Positions 11,901 to 26,900 of a stretch of DNA of 64,000 nucleotides are shown piece after piece. Origin of the DNA: Botryllus schlosseri. Lineage: Eukaryota. A program made the position numbers and the translations under genes. How positions within the stretch are numbered: position 1 is the stretch's first letter; each line of letters starts with the position of its first letter. Where the stretch lies: contig CM119373.1 in assembly GCA_051294905.1 (NCBI GenBank), positions 9,672,001 to 9,736,000 on the forward strand, written 5' to 3'. The notes beneath the pieces are model-generated. The model did not search any database. It was given only the letters and a program-made list of their open reading frames with translations, and was not told the origin of the DNA.

Positions 11901-14900
11901 TAGGGTCAATGAAAACCTTGGAATTTCAATTTCAATTTTCATCAAATTATGTCGCATTATCGTAGTAGCATAATACTAAAAATCGAAATGATGACCAATA
12001 GTTTGGGTCGGTAACTTGCCGTTTTCATATAATATCACATTCTGTTGTTACGTCTGTTACGTCACTTTTGCCAATGCCGTTTTTGTTACTATTTAAAAAC
12101 ATTATATCATTTGGTAGTAACATTTCAAGAATGGGATATTGTTGTCGGATGTGAAACTAGCTAGCCCCATCAATCACGTCTGTTCACCTATTCTCGATGT
12201 GATCACTAGCAAAGTATCTCTGTTTGCGTATTGCTCTATTTTTCAATTCCTTATCCCACTCAATTTACTTCAGAGTCAATTGCCATGATATATTAATTGA
12301 TTTGCATATAGTTTTATTTGCTCACAAGATTAATCGCCACCGCAACTGATCGATGTGCTTACGGAGCCGTACTTGTTTATCGGGAAATAGAGGGAATGTA
12401 ATTTCAGTGATTCTGAAATTCCTGAAGGCAATTTGACTAAAGTTCCTGGAATTCATTGCTCGAAACCATCGATCGTATATATATTTGGTGGCATAGAAAT
12501 GTTCGTATGCCAGAAAAAGCTTAGAACGTTTTTTTTAAATAATAGGGTGTAGCCTACTTAAGCAGGGGTGTAGCAAACCTTTTGACTTGGACAGTGATAC
12601 ACCACTACACCAGTCGTCTTCCCTACGTCACGGTGTACATTCGTGACGTCACCTCACTAATAAAATCTACACTTCCCGTCAAAAAATAATCGTGGATACG
12701 CATATGTGCTTGACATGAGATGTGATGTATCATAGCCCAGTCTCCAGTGGGCGTGACGCCGACTCGTCAGTAGTACTGTAGAGTAGGGGTGTCCTGTGAC
12801 AGTATATTGACAAGAGGGTGAGATACGAATAACGAAGCGAAACCACGGGTCATACACAGGGATGCCAGTTCCACCATACCAATAACAATTGGCAACGACA
12901 ATTGGGACACTTATCAGTATCATCAATAAAGTAAGATATCGCACTACGCATCATTTCCGTCAATAACTGGTGCGCGCAGACCGAGAAATCTAGGTTTCAG
13001 AATAAATTTCAAATTTATTCAAACTCATCGTGCGCCAAGTCAGCACAAGCATATTTAACTGATTTTAACGTTTTGGCCCTCCCTTAGCCCAACTGAGGAT
13101 GTATCGAATGAATTAATCTAAAATATATTACAAACTTGTTGAATGGGCCAGGGTCGTAATGAATAGAGTCCGACTCGAGTCACGATTTTCTGATGTCTCG
13201 ACTTGACTAGAGTAATTTTCTCAAAATACGAAAATGACTCGACTCGACTCGAGCCAATCCGTGTATTGACTCGACTTGGACTCGGGTCATTGCACATCAC
13301 TCGAACCAAGTCATATGACTCGAGACTCAGACGGCCAAGACCGACATTTCATTGTAATTTCGAAGAATAGTAAAGTTACCTCCCTATTGGGATTTGGTCT
13401 GTTGGTACTGGTACTTAAAAATGCGACCAGAAACTGCTAAGAGTGAGGAAAATTAGTAGGCCTATATTATAAATGCGAACATTCGATTTCACCAAACAGA
13501 GTTATAAAAGTGGGTTTGACAAGACTTTAACTGGAAACTGAGCAGTCAGCACAATGACTTGTACACGGACTCGACCTTTTGTCTTGATTACTTGGACTCG
13601 GACTTGACTCGGTGGTGAATTGAAAATGACTCGACTTGGCTCGATCCAAAACTACAAAAGTGAGATTGAATTATGACTCGGAGCCTTGTGACCTGGTTAC
13701 AACCCTGTAATGGGCCGTGCACAATCCACAATTGGCACTTCTATGCGGAACAGGGGGATTTTCTATTCGGACCTCATGTTGCACATTCCTGTTATAGAGT
13801 ATATAGACGGTAAAAACTTTAAATGGGTGATGCCAAGCTAAAGTTTGTATATTAAAATACAGTACGCATGTTAAATAATATATATGGCTGTAGATAGAAT
13901 AGTCGTGCTAACGCGAAAATGGAATTTTATCAGTCCATAAAATATTAACACCTCAACACTTAGCCACACAATCCTATTCAGATTTTGCGGTTATTGCCAT
14001 GTTTGATGGGAAGAAAACGTTTTAAATATAATGACAGTTCTGTGAGGTCAGCCGCCTTTTCGATGCAACTTGAGGACGGAATTTCCCATCAATATTCAAT
14101 GCAACTGTACGAATGCGATGTGGGTGGTATTTTCCGATTTTGTGCCAGATATAGTTTGAGCATGTGCGTACAGTTGTGCACTGATATCATGGTAGACCGG
14201 TAGTACGACATTGCTCGTGCCAGTTCATTTACGATATATAAGTTCAATTTCTCATGGCACGAAAGCAATTTCTGTATTGCCCACATTCATAATAAATCCA
14301 GAGTTCAGCCGATGGCACACACGCGTCATCTAGTCATGGCCTATGAACCTGGCGTGGGTACTAAATTCTGGAATATTGGAAATACCAGCATATCGGTGGA
14401 ATTCATAACATAACACCGTTGCGTAATGCACCCACCAAGATTGGATATCTAATGCAAAAGGTTTAGAAATGATCGCGTGTCCCAAAACACATATCTCGTG
14501 TGTCATGTTCCCGTAATTCCAAGGTCCCTCGCCCATTACTAAACGGTTCCTCGGCCAGAATATCCGAAATGGCAACAGACCGAGATGACTGAATTCGATC
14601 CGAAGACCTTTATATATTTGTCATGATTTTCTAAAAATCCTATCAGACACGGGAGTCATGTGGACCTAAATTGCGGCATGGATGTCGGATGTTGCTACCA
14701 GTTTGCAACGTTTATCGAAGGTATACTATCGATACAGAGTAAACGTCCAGAAGTTACCGGTTTCGGCAAATGTTTTGGCTCGATATTGTTGTATTTTTCA
14801 TGCCTATCGTCGGATGATGGATATTTATAACCTCGGATCAAGTGAGCTTAAATTGTAGCGTAATAACATAGCAGGTCTAATCGCTTTGCGTACACAGTAG

Positions 14901-17900
14901 CTCTAACCAATGCGTGTGTTTGCTACGCGGTACATGTTCTCGCGCCCGTTACGTAATCTCTCCGTCATTTAGAAAGGAAATTGGTCTTTTATCAGTGTAA
15001 AGACGTTAAAACCTCAATAACCAGTCGTGGAATGTTTGTTTAGGGGTAGGATTTCGCCAAAATTCTACCCGGCTGAAAGGAAAAGTCTGCGATGAAAGTC
15101 AAATTCTTCTGTGTTTACATGTAATTATGCACGCTCCATTTGACAGTGGATTTACCAAATCGGGATAATCAGATCTTCCGATAAAGACGAAAGGTCGTAA
15201 GAATATCTTTCGCGCTTACGGTGGAGACTTGAGACTTGGGATGAATATTTAAAGACATAATACATCTGAGACCCAAGCACAGATCGCGCGGAATACGAAT
15301 AAAGATACGAATTCGTCGTACTGCATAGGAATATCCTTACCTCTCCGTTGCAAAAGCAGTATATGATTGCGACGAAAAATCCCTAAAATAAAAACGGTAT
15401 TCTCATTAGATTTTCTGCCGAAGTTAGAGCGATGTATTCCATGTGTGGCTAGCACTACTTACATCTTGGCACATTCGATTTCGGTGAGTGATCAAATCGT
15501 AAACAAATATGGCTCCAAACAACAGGGCAGTCCAGTAAATTTCTTTTAGCCAATTGTTTTCAGTTGAAATGCTAGCAATAGCTACTATTAGGGTGCAAAT
15601 CAAAAATTAGGCTTTCAAAACTATTCCAATGGGCGTCAATGACTCGAATAAACCACTTGTTAATGGAGGATATGTCCCTGGGGTGGGGTGGGTTCTATTT
15701 TCGTGTAGGCCACCACCCGAATAAGGCAGAAAACGGTGGTAAACATATCCAAACCCAGCCCACCAGAGCCCTGGGATCTTTCTCCATAAGGATTGGTATA
15801 TATGAATCGTTTTCACTTATTGAAATGTGTGTGAATGCATAAATATAGTACCACAAACAGGCGATGGTTGGATTTGCAACACATTCTATGGTGGGAATCT
15901 GTGGCAAATACACGTATTTTTCAACCGTGTATTTACAGCGCACACGCTATGTATTGAGCATTTCCGTCAAAAAAGATTGGACCTGCGTCACGACAGCATC
16001 CTAATTCATTTCAGCCCTGATCGCGGATACATATTAGCGTCGGTTCACTAGAGGTATGCAGCTGATGGGCGCGTTGCGTGATAATTGTACCCAAATGGAT
16101 ACCTCCTCCAAACAAAATACTTTTGCTTTACGTCAAAGGATTCAACCACGATTTCAATAATCCGGTTAGAAATTAGTAAACAGTGCTTTAGTGTAAAGAG
16201 AAAACAGTTTCATTAGAAGTTGCTTTCCCATTGCCGTTTCATTGATGTGGACGCCTATCTATAGTAATTTCCATACACACATCTGATCATCTTTTGCGAT
16301 TGAATTTAGAATCACATTAGCGTTTTCAATTATATTCAGATGTATAGATATACATATAGTATCGTAGAGGTATTGTTTAATATATAAACCAGTTCACATT
16401 TACATCTGATGTGATCAAGGTTATTTGCTTTTAGAGGTCCTTACACAAACTAATTAATGACACATTTTGCTGAGTACGTCGTTGCTACAATTAGTGAATG
16501 GTGAGTTTAAACAGAAGTGCTGTAGGCTTACACATGACATTCATAAACTACTGTGTTTCCATCAATATAGGACGATTGGATATCGAGTCTATGTCCGCAT
16601 AACCTTCATACAGCGAAGTATACATAAAATATATAGCAGGACACTGCTTCCAATTGTATATCCTGTAGTGACTTTAAATGGAAGTTCAACGAAGCGAGTC
16701 TAATTTCATGCGACCTTGGGGTTCATTGCGAAGCTCGAGACCGTATCAAAACAGGTAAACATCCCTATTGGGCGATGCGGCTACACAAAGTACCGTGCGT
16801 TATATTGGAGTTTATTTGGGAGGAAGCCCTTGACTTTGAAGATGAGATATTGCACGCAATACTCCCAAAACGCGAGGCTCTGAGTGCACAGTTTTTCTGT
16901 AATGTATTGTTAATCCGTTTGATAAACATTCTGAGTTAGCAACTGTGGCAGTTACGACAAAATCAGCACTCGTCTTCCTTTGGTTGATTCCCTTGAGACC
17001 GCATTTTCAAGGTTATGTCAGCGTGGACTATTGATAAAATTGAAAACTAATGTTTTCGTTCTGATATGGGATGCATTAGTTGAGCAGAATTGAGGAACGG
17101 AATTGTATCTGGACTCGCATGTGTTCAAAGTGGGGCCTTCGGCTTTGGACTGTGTTTCAATTGCTAATGTATCAAAGTGAATTTCGGTATTTGACTTCAA
17201 AGTTTGCGTATTTCCGGTTGACAACATCGTGTGCCAGGGATGAATCACACATTGGCAGAATATAATACCGCAAATTCCAGTATCGCACCATAGCGTAACC
17301 AGGAATATACAAGCGACACGGCACACTGCTGATCAAAACGAAACCAGAATTGTATTCGGGTCCGGATATTGCATTACGAGATGAAATAGCATTTGTATCC
17401 GATTCAGATGGTAGGTTTATCGAACGCGATTGTCAACTACGGGTCTGCAGTAAAGGAAACGCCGACGAATTTGGGTATTGGTGTTCTGTGAAATTGATGT
17501 AGTATAGATAAAATATCATGTATCATTGACGACAGAGAGGTCAGTATCGAATTCGCTTACTCGTTCGACTTACTCAAGTGGGCACGTTTGTAGACTAAAT
17601 CTTCTTCTATCAGAGCAGTTTTTGAAGCGAAACTACTACCTTTTAGACTTACGATTTTTAAAATTAGAAAGCAGTTTTGTAATAAGTTTGTATCACTTTG
17701 ATAACTGTAATTTCCGTAAAAACCGCCTGACATATACACTGTACCACGGTATCTGAATATATTTTCAACGTCATTCTGCGTTTTACGTTGGTCGCTAAGA
17801 GAGACATTGCAATTTCGAAAATAGCCACCTCAGGAGAACTGCTTAAAGTTAGCAACCGGTCAACCGAATCTAAATTTTGAAGTTACTTACTTACTGTATT

Positions 17901-20900
17901 GCTTTTCAACCCTTTTATTTCATACTTCCATTTGAAGTAGTTTTGATTAGCCTTGGGTATTGGTAACTCTACTTGCAATTGAGTTGAAATGTAGGTCGTT
18001 ACATATACTTCGTCTTGAGTAGCTAGGCTGACTAATTTGAGAACCTCTCTTCGACACCGAACACCAATATTAGACAGTCGCCCTCTTGAATGACGAAATA
18101 CATTAACTAAGCTAGTGCGAGAAAGAACAACTGATCCTGACAGATATCACCCATACCCAAAGCGAGCGTATAATTATGTCTGCGCTAAACTCGAACTTGC
18201 GTATAGACAGGATGTGTAATCAGTAATCACTAAACACCAATTTACTCAGCCATCCAAAGTTGTTCTTATTTCGAGAGCAATCGATTACAATTACAGAGTA
18301 AATTTGGAATCGTCACAGTGGAAGGATTACAATTACTCAATGACTGCTTCTAACACGTTTTCGTAAAACTATTAGGAGATTTTAAAATATTTAATGACTC
18401 ATTTATCATATCCCATGCTGGCGCGCTGTGGGTATGTTTTGGTCTTTATTACAGGCCAACCGGGTACGCGGGAGCTGCCAAGGGCCTGCCAGCTAATCAT
18501 TTGGATGTGGCGTCGCAGTTTTAGTCTTTTTGGTTTATATTCATTCATTACATATTCTGAAAGCTTTATGCCTCACGAATGTTCGTTACGTCTCCATAGT
18601 AACGCATGTTCTGTTTACGCATGTAATTTTTTCGTCCACACTACATACACTACATCAAGGATCATATATATCATGGCCTATCATGTATATATATACCGTA
18701 TATATTAAAATCGCCCACATGATATGATAGGTTAATCCGTATAAAGGGGCTCATCCACTTTCTAACACTAACCTGGAACGAATTGAAGAAAAGATCGAAA
18801 TACATCCGAATATTCCACAGCATGCCGCTTTGTACGGAATCTGGCATACCGATGAATATAATGGCGTGGATCCCGAACATAAATATCAACACCAGCGTTG
18901 ACTTGGCAAGTTTTCTGTAACACACATCGCGATTAGCATTCGATTCGCCCATAGATAACGTCAGAACGCTGCCGAGTCAAACGCGACTGTAAATGTCAAT
19001 CAAAAACATAAACATGTCACGCACGAACGATTGTGAAGTTCAAAATTATCTTGTGTATTTCGACTCCATGGTAACGGGCATTCATGGTTAGGATTTTACG
19101 TCAGATCTTCACGCATCTGCGATTTGTACCACGAATGACTACGCAAAAGGTATTGTGGTTAGTACTATAGGGGGAATGAAATAATTAACGTCAGGATTGT
19201 CTCGAGATGAGCCGATATCGTAGATAGACACACTGCATAACCCGTTATCTCTTCATGGCATAAGCCTACATTATCGTTATTTGTTTTTGCGTTATCACCA
19301 GGAAGTAATCAGTTTTTTTAAGCAGACCATGGTAAAATATCATCTCCTATGTATGGATTAAAAGATATCGATATCGAAGCAAGCAGAACATAGCCGTAAC
19401 ATTGGTGTTAGTGATTCCAATGAAGGTTATTGTTGAAGGATGATTGATGATGACACTACCTGTACCTGTACTGCTTTCGGTTGTCGGTACCGCTGATGAC
19501 GCTGTTCTCCCGCATTTTGTACCAGAGCACGCGAATAATGTTGAGAAACAATATAAAATTGATCTGAAAAATCGTAGACACGGTAAGTTTATCTGGCGAG
19601 ATACATCGAAATCGAGCTGGGTTCAAACAGAATGGATATTCGCAAGGGGATGCAATAATTTCAACGATACAATGATGTGATATGTACAACCCGACGGGGG
19701 AAAGCAGTTATTACGTCATAATGTGATGGAGTACAAGTTTCCGAGGCAATAGCGCTCTTTACCCACATTTGACTACGTCAATTGTCAGGTATATAGTAGC
19801 GCCAGAGTGTAGTCAAAGATGGTGAGAAAATCACGTGACTCGCACTTGAATGACTTTGGTACATTTGCTATTGTCGATCCATCTTCGATAATGAAATTAC
19901 TATCCCAATCATTGTTTGACAACCTTGAAACGTCGCAGAGTATTGGAGGATATCATCACATTATACGTTTCGGCATCGTTTCACCAAGCTCGGTGTGTAA
20001 AACTATGTAATTCCACACAGACCAATACCAGCGTCCCGTAAAATCAGTGCTGACGATAGATCCACAATAACAAATGTACCAAAGTCATGCTCGTGTCAGT
20101 TGGTTTTTCCCAGTGTGCATACCTTTATTAAGAGCACTCTGGTAGCACGAATAACCAGTTCGTAAAAGGGGTGGCTACGGAGGCTTTTAGACGACCGTTC
20201 ATGACATTGATGATCTTTCTTACTTAGCTGGGGGGGGGGTGCCCTGTAATCGTAGCCAAAATGTGTGAGCCTACTTGTACATTAAACTCTCCGTTTGTAC
20301 CAACATGCCGAATTGAAAGGTGTCAAGGTTAATTTATTCTTTCATAATTAGAGTTAGAGTTTCAGTGTCGGCTGGTTACATTCATGCATGTATGATTGTA
20401 TGTGTACAATGAATAAGGTGATGAAAGGCGGGGATTTTACGAATTAGACCTCAAAGTGCGGCCTATGGGCACGTTAACATTCAACACATAACATAACGGC
20501 ATATAAGTCCGTGTTGATATAATAACTTGATTTATCGCAACTTCGAATCTGGAGACTATTCTAACCCAGGGTTCGAAGGCATAATGGATATCGACGCCTA
20601 TTACACAACGCACTCTTGCTTACATCTCAGGAACGAGTACTATTAAGGCCTCTCCGCATTTGGTGGAACGAGTGTTTTGATAGCCTAATAGGCGCCAGAG
20701 ATTTTACAGACTTTACAAACGAAAAATAAAACGACCTTAGCGTAAACCGCGGTTGAGTATTTTGGGATGGACCGATTACACAGCTTCGCCGGCTTTCACC
20801 AAAGAACTAACGTTGTTCTCGCTCGAGGGCCAGTCTGGGATGAGAGTAGCAAATCCCATTAATCAACTGAGCATACGGCATGGAGGGTCTTCAACATTTA

Positions 20901-23900
20901 CTCAGTGTGATATCGAGGGTGCTTGTGATATCTGAGAGGATCGGGAAGAAAGGCGAACAACCAAAAAAAATGAGGGAGAAAACTTTAAAGTCCTTCCCCG
21001 TTTCGAGTGCGTATGAAAAGGACGACCGCAGAGGTCAAATGCCGGAGCAGTGCGCCTTATGGACTGTACTTTGCGGCATGCTTGACATTGCCACAATTGA
21101 GTAATTGGGGTACGCAGCCAGTTTGGCGTCTACATAATGACGCAAACATAATACTTGTATGACATCATCATTGTACAACGGGAGCAACATAGTTAACCTA
21201 ACACCAGGTCCCTATAGCTACAGTTATATAGAATTGAAAGTAAAAAGACATTCCGTGAAATCAGATGAAGTAATATTGAATGATGATAATTAGGGCGATT
21301 ATTTTCACAAAATAAGTCCAAATTTTGTTAAAATTGTAGCGTTGGGTCGAAGAATACTCAAAATTGTTGACGAAGTCAAAATTTTATTGCAACCTGTATT
21401 TCGTTGAATCGTAGATGTTTGCACTGTCGGTGAACTTATCATTTGACATTCTACCTACAGCGTGTAGCCTACTTCATAGGCCTACCGTTGTAGACGGCCA
21501 CGACATTGTCTGCTTATTGTGACTCATGAACAGTCAAATGAAACACTTTCTACCAGAGAATGTAGGAAAGTATCTTTCGTTGTAATACAATTGTTTTTTA
21601 TTTCCGCTATAATACGTGATGGAACTACTGGAATTCTTCATAGGCCAGATTTCGTTAAAATAAAAAGTTTTCATGTATAATTTTGTCGGTTTTCAATTCA
21701 ATTTTTTCCGGTCAAACAACTTCGTACGGACAGACAGCTCCAACCAGAAATGAAGAGAAGTAGTGCAATTCTCACATTATGCATGAAAACACCTAATTTG
21801 CATACGTGAGGTAAAAATTTGGTCAAAAGTTAGTTTTAAAGGTCGAATAATGCTAGGATTTTGATTTCTTGGGTCAAATTCATCCGTTCTTTAGGTAAAA
21901 AATGTCCCTAGTGATAATACTATATATATAATATATATATATTCATTTAGAGAACGCGAGAGGCTGGATTCAAATCAACTTGTTTAATTTAGCATTGCGG
22001 AATATTAGTTTGCGACAGTGGTGGTCAACCTTTTGCGTTTGCGAACCGGTCAAATTTTAAAACGTATTTTACGAACTTTCATAAATCAACACAACGCAGC
22101 TCAAAACTAAAAGTGGCCTTCCGTTTAATGAGAAATTTCTGGGTATCTTTTTGATGTCACACCTGTTGTGCCTACAACGCAACGTCATGTTAAAACCACC
22201 AACTCGATTTGGATTACTATGGGTTTTCAAAAAATAGGAGTTCGTTGTTTGCTAGATTCTATGAAATAAATGCACCCAGATGAATTCAACTATAACAAAT
22301 ATTTGAATCATGGTGTTGATAATAATTATGTAATTATTAAACTGGTACCGCCCGCGTGCACACTTCACTACAACGTTACGCGATGAGCTATTTACCACGT
22401 TAGCAATGACGATTGGTCCATTATAAATCCATTTGTAGTGAAGTATCGCGACGTCCCAGCATCTGAAAGAAATAAAAATTACGGACGTATTAGCGTCATG
22501 CTAAATTGAATCGTCAATATCCTTTATGCTACAAATACTAACACTTCAAAATTTGATAATGAACTAATAAACCTTTGAATACGTGCCCGTGAATAGAATA
22601 CCGTGTGCATGCCTCTTTTTTACTTCGCCTAGGATAGGTGAGTGTCTGATTTCGAAGAAGACTCCAAGTCGTTTCGACACCTTCCTATCTTTCATTGCAT
22701 GGAATTGAATTGACTGCTACAGGTAACCTAGCTATTGCAAACCATAGTGCCAGGATATCAGTGCTTTGAACAGGAACTTCCAGTACCGTAGCCCCTACAG
22801 TCATGTCTCGATCTGTCCCGAGTGAAAAAGCCTCTCAGTTACTCATGTGTACTTCTTGCACCAGTGAACTTGCAAGAACGCCCAGCAGGTCGCACAGAAT
22901 AGATCATTCGTGAACTCAGTCATCGCATTGTCACGGAGGTATTTCAGATAGGTCTATCAGGTCACACCAGTCAATGATAAGCTGGCGTGAAATTCTCGAC
23001 ATTGTGAGTGTATAAATGTATGACGTAAACTGAAACATCTCGAGCGTAACACCAGCAGATATTTACATTGATAAAGTGCAACAAAAACAACTCTGCTCAA
23101 AGTATGGACGAACTGATGCTATCAGCTTGATTAACAGTGTGAAGTCTGACGTACTTGACACTAGACATACATATTCATATTATTATACCGCTAAAGCTAC
23201 AAATTACATCGAATTTAGTGGGTCACGGTATATTGCCAGAATTATTATAATTATTGAATAAAATCTAAGATGTTATCAAGTGCCAAGTTGATATCTATAT
23301 ATTCAAGCAGACGTAAGCAGAGTGTCCGCTTCGGTGGGTTAAAACGGCATAAAACACATGCAGCTGTTTCTCACCTACGACCATTTTATGTGGTCAAAAT
23401 CATTGTTTATAAAAACCAGAGACGACTTACTGTGTATCTGCTATCGTCGCTCGTACGATCGCCCACGGAACAACGAACAACACCGGTGCACCTGAGGAAG
23501 TATTTGATAGGTTAGGATCGTAACTTAACACCTGGGTTTCCAATTCAGCGAAGTTCGTTTGACGTAATGCGGAATTTGCGGGGGTTTATCGCCTTAACAA
23601 GCGATTGTTTTTAGTTCATCGTAGAAATTGTCATCACTGATTGAGAGCGAAAGTTAAGAATTACATATATGGCAGATATTTCACCAAATCGATTATATCG
23701 ACAAATGAGTGTGCACTTCACTTTTCTCCATTTTTTCATGCAACTTTTTTCGACTTTTCATGCAACTTTTTGCAAGTTTTGTCTATTTTCCATACAACTT
23801 TTTACTCGAAATATTTGGCATCATATGTTAATAGATCGCTTGAATATTTCGCTGTCGGTAAAATTTGAGGACCTTTCTGATGTGACGTACATTCAGGCTA

Positions 23901-26900
23901 GACCGCCGAAAATTATATGACCACTGGGTACTGGGTCAATTCTTTCAGGCTATCGATTTCGTTGAAGTCGCCAACACTGAGTTTTGCTACAGTGCCTTGG
24001 ATATGGACCGATACGATTATCTCATACCCTAGTAATTTCATGTAACTTGTCTGTAAATGCAACTTTTAGTGCAACTTTTGTGAAAAACAAGCGCAACTTT
24101 CCACGGATTTGCCTGCAACAAAAACTCGCCCTAGTGATAAGATAAGAAAGATATCCAAGGTGCCTAATGACAACCAATCCGCATATAGTCGTGGTCTTGT
24201 GAAAGCTTGTAACGAAAATGGGTCTGGCATCTAGTTGGAAGATCAGAAATGAAATTCATCAATGAGCAGAATGGCCGTAGCAACCACAACAACAACATCA
24301 TTTAGTCTATATGAGCCGTCGGCTGTATTTCTCTCATATGTTATCGTAGCTAACGGTAATTCTATTATATACGCAACGCATATATGATTATAACTAGGGC
24401 AAGTTTTTGCAACTTTTCTCTATTTTTCATGCCAAGTTTTACTGCGACTTTTATCCAATAATGCGTAAAAAATGTCAAGGATTGAGTTAAAAACATGCTA
24501 TAAACTATTTCTAGTATGGTTCTATTATCTTTGATTCGCATAACAAAATGCTATATAGCTGAATCTCACTGGTATCTATGACACGATGACTTGTAAGCAA
24601 GAAGTTCAGCTACCCCTGCCAAGCACGACCGTGCCCGAAAAATATGTAGGGGAGAGTGGGTAGGTATGGGCCACTAAATCTTACAAAGCTATAACTTGGC
24701 CAAACTTTGTCTAATATTCCTAAATTTCGGTATAGACTATCATTAGTTATCTGGCTAACTATTACTGGTAGAATTAAGCTAAAATACCCATGTATTTGGA
24801 AGTGACATCAAATTTTGTAACGATACATCATTTTTGTAAGTAAAAAATAGGCTCCGAGGTATGGGCCGGGGGGTAGTGAGGTATGGGCCGCTGTCTGTAC
24901 TGAATCAATAAATGCCATTCATATCCTATAAACCTCAACTCATGTCACAGTTACCAACTGTTTGTATATACTGATATAAAGCTGGGCTGAAAGTGGACAA
25001 TTCATATATTTCAATTCCAGTATTGATTGAAAGCCGTAACGCATAACGAAACAAGATAACTAAAGATATGTAACATGAAAATCACTATCAAATCATGCTT
25101 CTTTCGCCTCAACTACCCCATCAAATCCAAATGTCACAGCTCTGTCTCTTATTTAATTTGGAGTGACAAACCATGATACATATTAGAGCATATGATGACA
25201 TACTGTGCCAACAAACTTTTCTCCCCGTCATTAAAGACAGTATTGGAAAACGATTTTGAAATAGTTTTCATGTGAGACCCATCCCCTGGTTTTCCATATA
25301 CCTGTTTAATGTAGCTGTACCAATTTTGTACTGACGGCATTCTTCTCTCCCTCCCATGCTTTAACGTTTCATATTGCCAAGTTCAGATCTGATTCTGAAA
25401 ACTGGCTTTTTATGGGTTTCATGATTTACTTTCAAGTGATTGTATATGGGAGGGATAAGACCAACACCTTCTGTATTCTAGAGAAAAATATATTTAATAG
25501 GATCATTCAAATATTGATTTCAGGTATATGTTATGCTGTCCCATACCCCAGCCTATTGAGGTATGGGCCGGCCCATACCGCAACCTGCTAAAAGGCCCAT
25601 ACCTCAAACACTCCATCTTGGGGATTCTTACCATAATTTCAAGATCCGAGAGATTGACAAAGCATTAAAACTATACTCTATAGGCAGCATATTTCTATAG
25701 CTTTCACACCATATATAAGTCTAATCCAAACATGCACATATGCGGACTCAAACCCAAATTCCCTATTTTCAAATAAATTTACTTTAGGCCGAAAAAATTA
25801 TATATCTCTAGCTGAGTCAAAAACTCCGCTGGCCTCATGGCTGTGAGTAACATGGGTGAGTCTGGAGCCTTTTACTAACAATCACAGAGCTTGGCAACCA
25901 TATGGGATGTCACAGTCATCAGATATGGCAGTGGCCCACACCTCAACAGTGGCCCATACCTACCCACTCTCCCCTAAATAAATCGCTTTAATAATTCTGT
26001 CGTTTAAATTTGAAATAGATTCCCATTTCAACAACGCCCAGGCGAGACCGCCGAATATCACATTTCACAGGGTCACCATTTTCAGGCTATTGATTGTGTT
26101 AAAATTGCCAAGAGTGAGTTTTTCTGTAATGCTCTGGGTAAAGTTCGCAGACCTAGGCGGTTTGGGGCGAGGGTTATCGTCATGCCGTTTGTCGCATTGC
26201 GTAATTTTCTTACTGTGTGCCGGGAAAAATTTAATTTTGGGCGGTTACGTCAGGTCGTTAAATGTCGAAGTCACAAATTTGACATCTCTGCAGAGGAACT
26301 AGGTTATACAACGGAACCTTTCGGCAACCTCATACTCTAATACAACAAAAATTATAAATGCAACTTTTTACCTCAACTTTAATTAAAATCAAATGCAACT
26401 TTCTCGCGATTTTAATTCAGCAACAACTTGCCATAATTATAACTAATCCGACTAAGATTAGACGAAATAGTGTCAACACAATACCAAGTCCGCAGTAATG
26501 CCTTGTAGAAAATAAACATGGATGGTATAGTCAAGAAAACAAGTAACAACAGTATTTCACGTTGCCATGACCTAATCTCGTACTAATCTCCTTCGGATCA
26601 CTAGGAGTTGACACAGCTCGGCAACTCACCCCATCCGATGAGGATGAATTTCCAGAAGTACTTCTTGCCGGAAAACACAGCGAGGAATATCAAGCTGTGC
26701 AGATGGAGAGCCTCGACAAGAATCCAGTAATAGTTGGTCGCCACGAAGTAATGGAAGAGCGTCATCACGAACTTGCAACCCACCTTAACAATGAACAACA
26801 GTGACGTGAAATGAAATGAGGCACATTCTACTGAATTCGACAATATCGATGCTTACAGTTAGGACAACGAGTAGGGCCGAGAAAAAACGATTATTCTAGT

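Larger units (their letters stand above)
24395..26435. mobile_element. hAT MITE (TAGGGCAAG family) split by a pogo-like insertion
   Basis: Ends TAGGGCAAG ... CTTGCCATA; exact TSD ATTATAAC. Confidence 0.85.
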
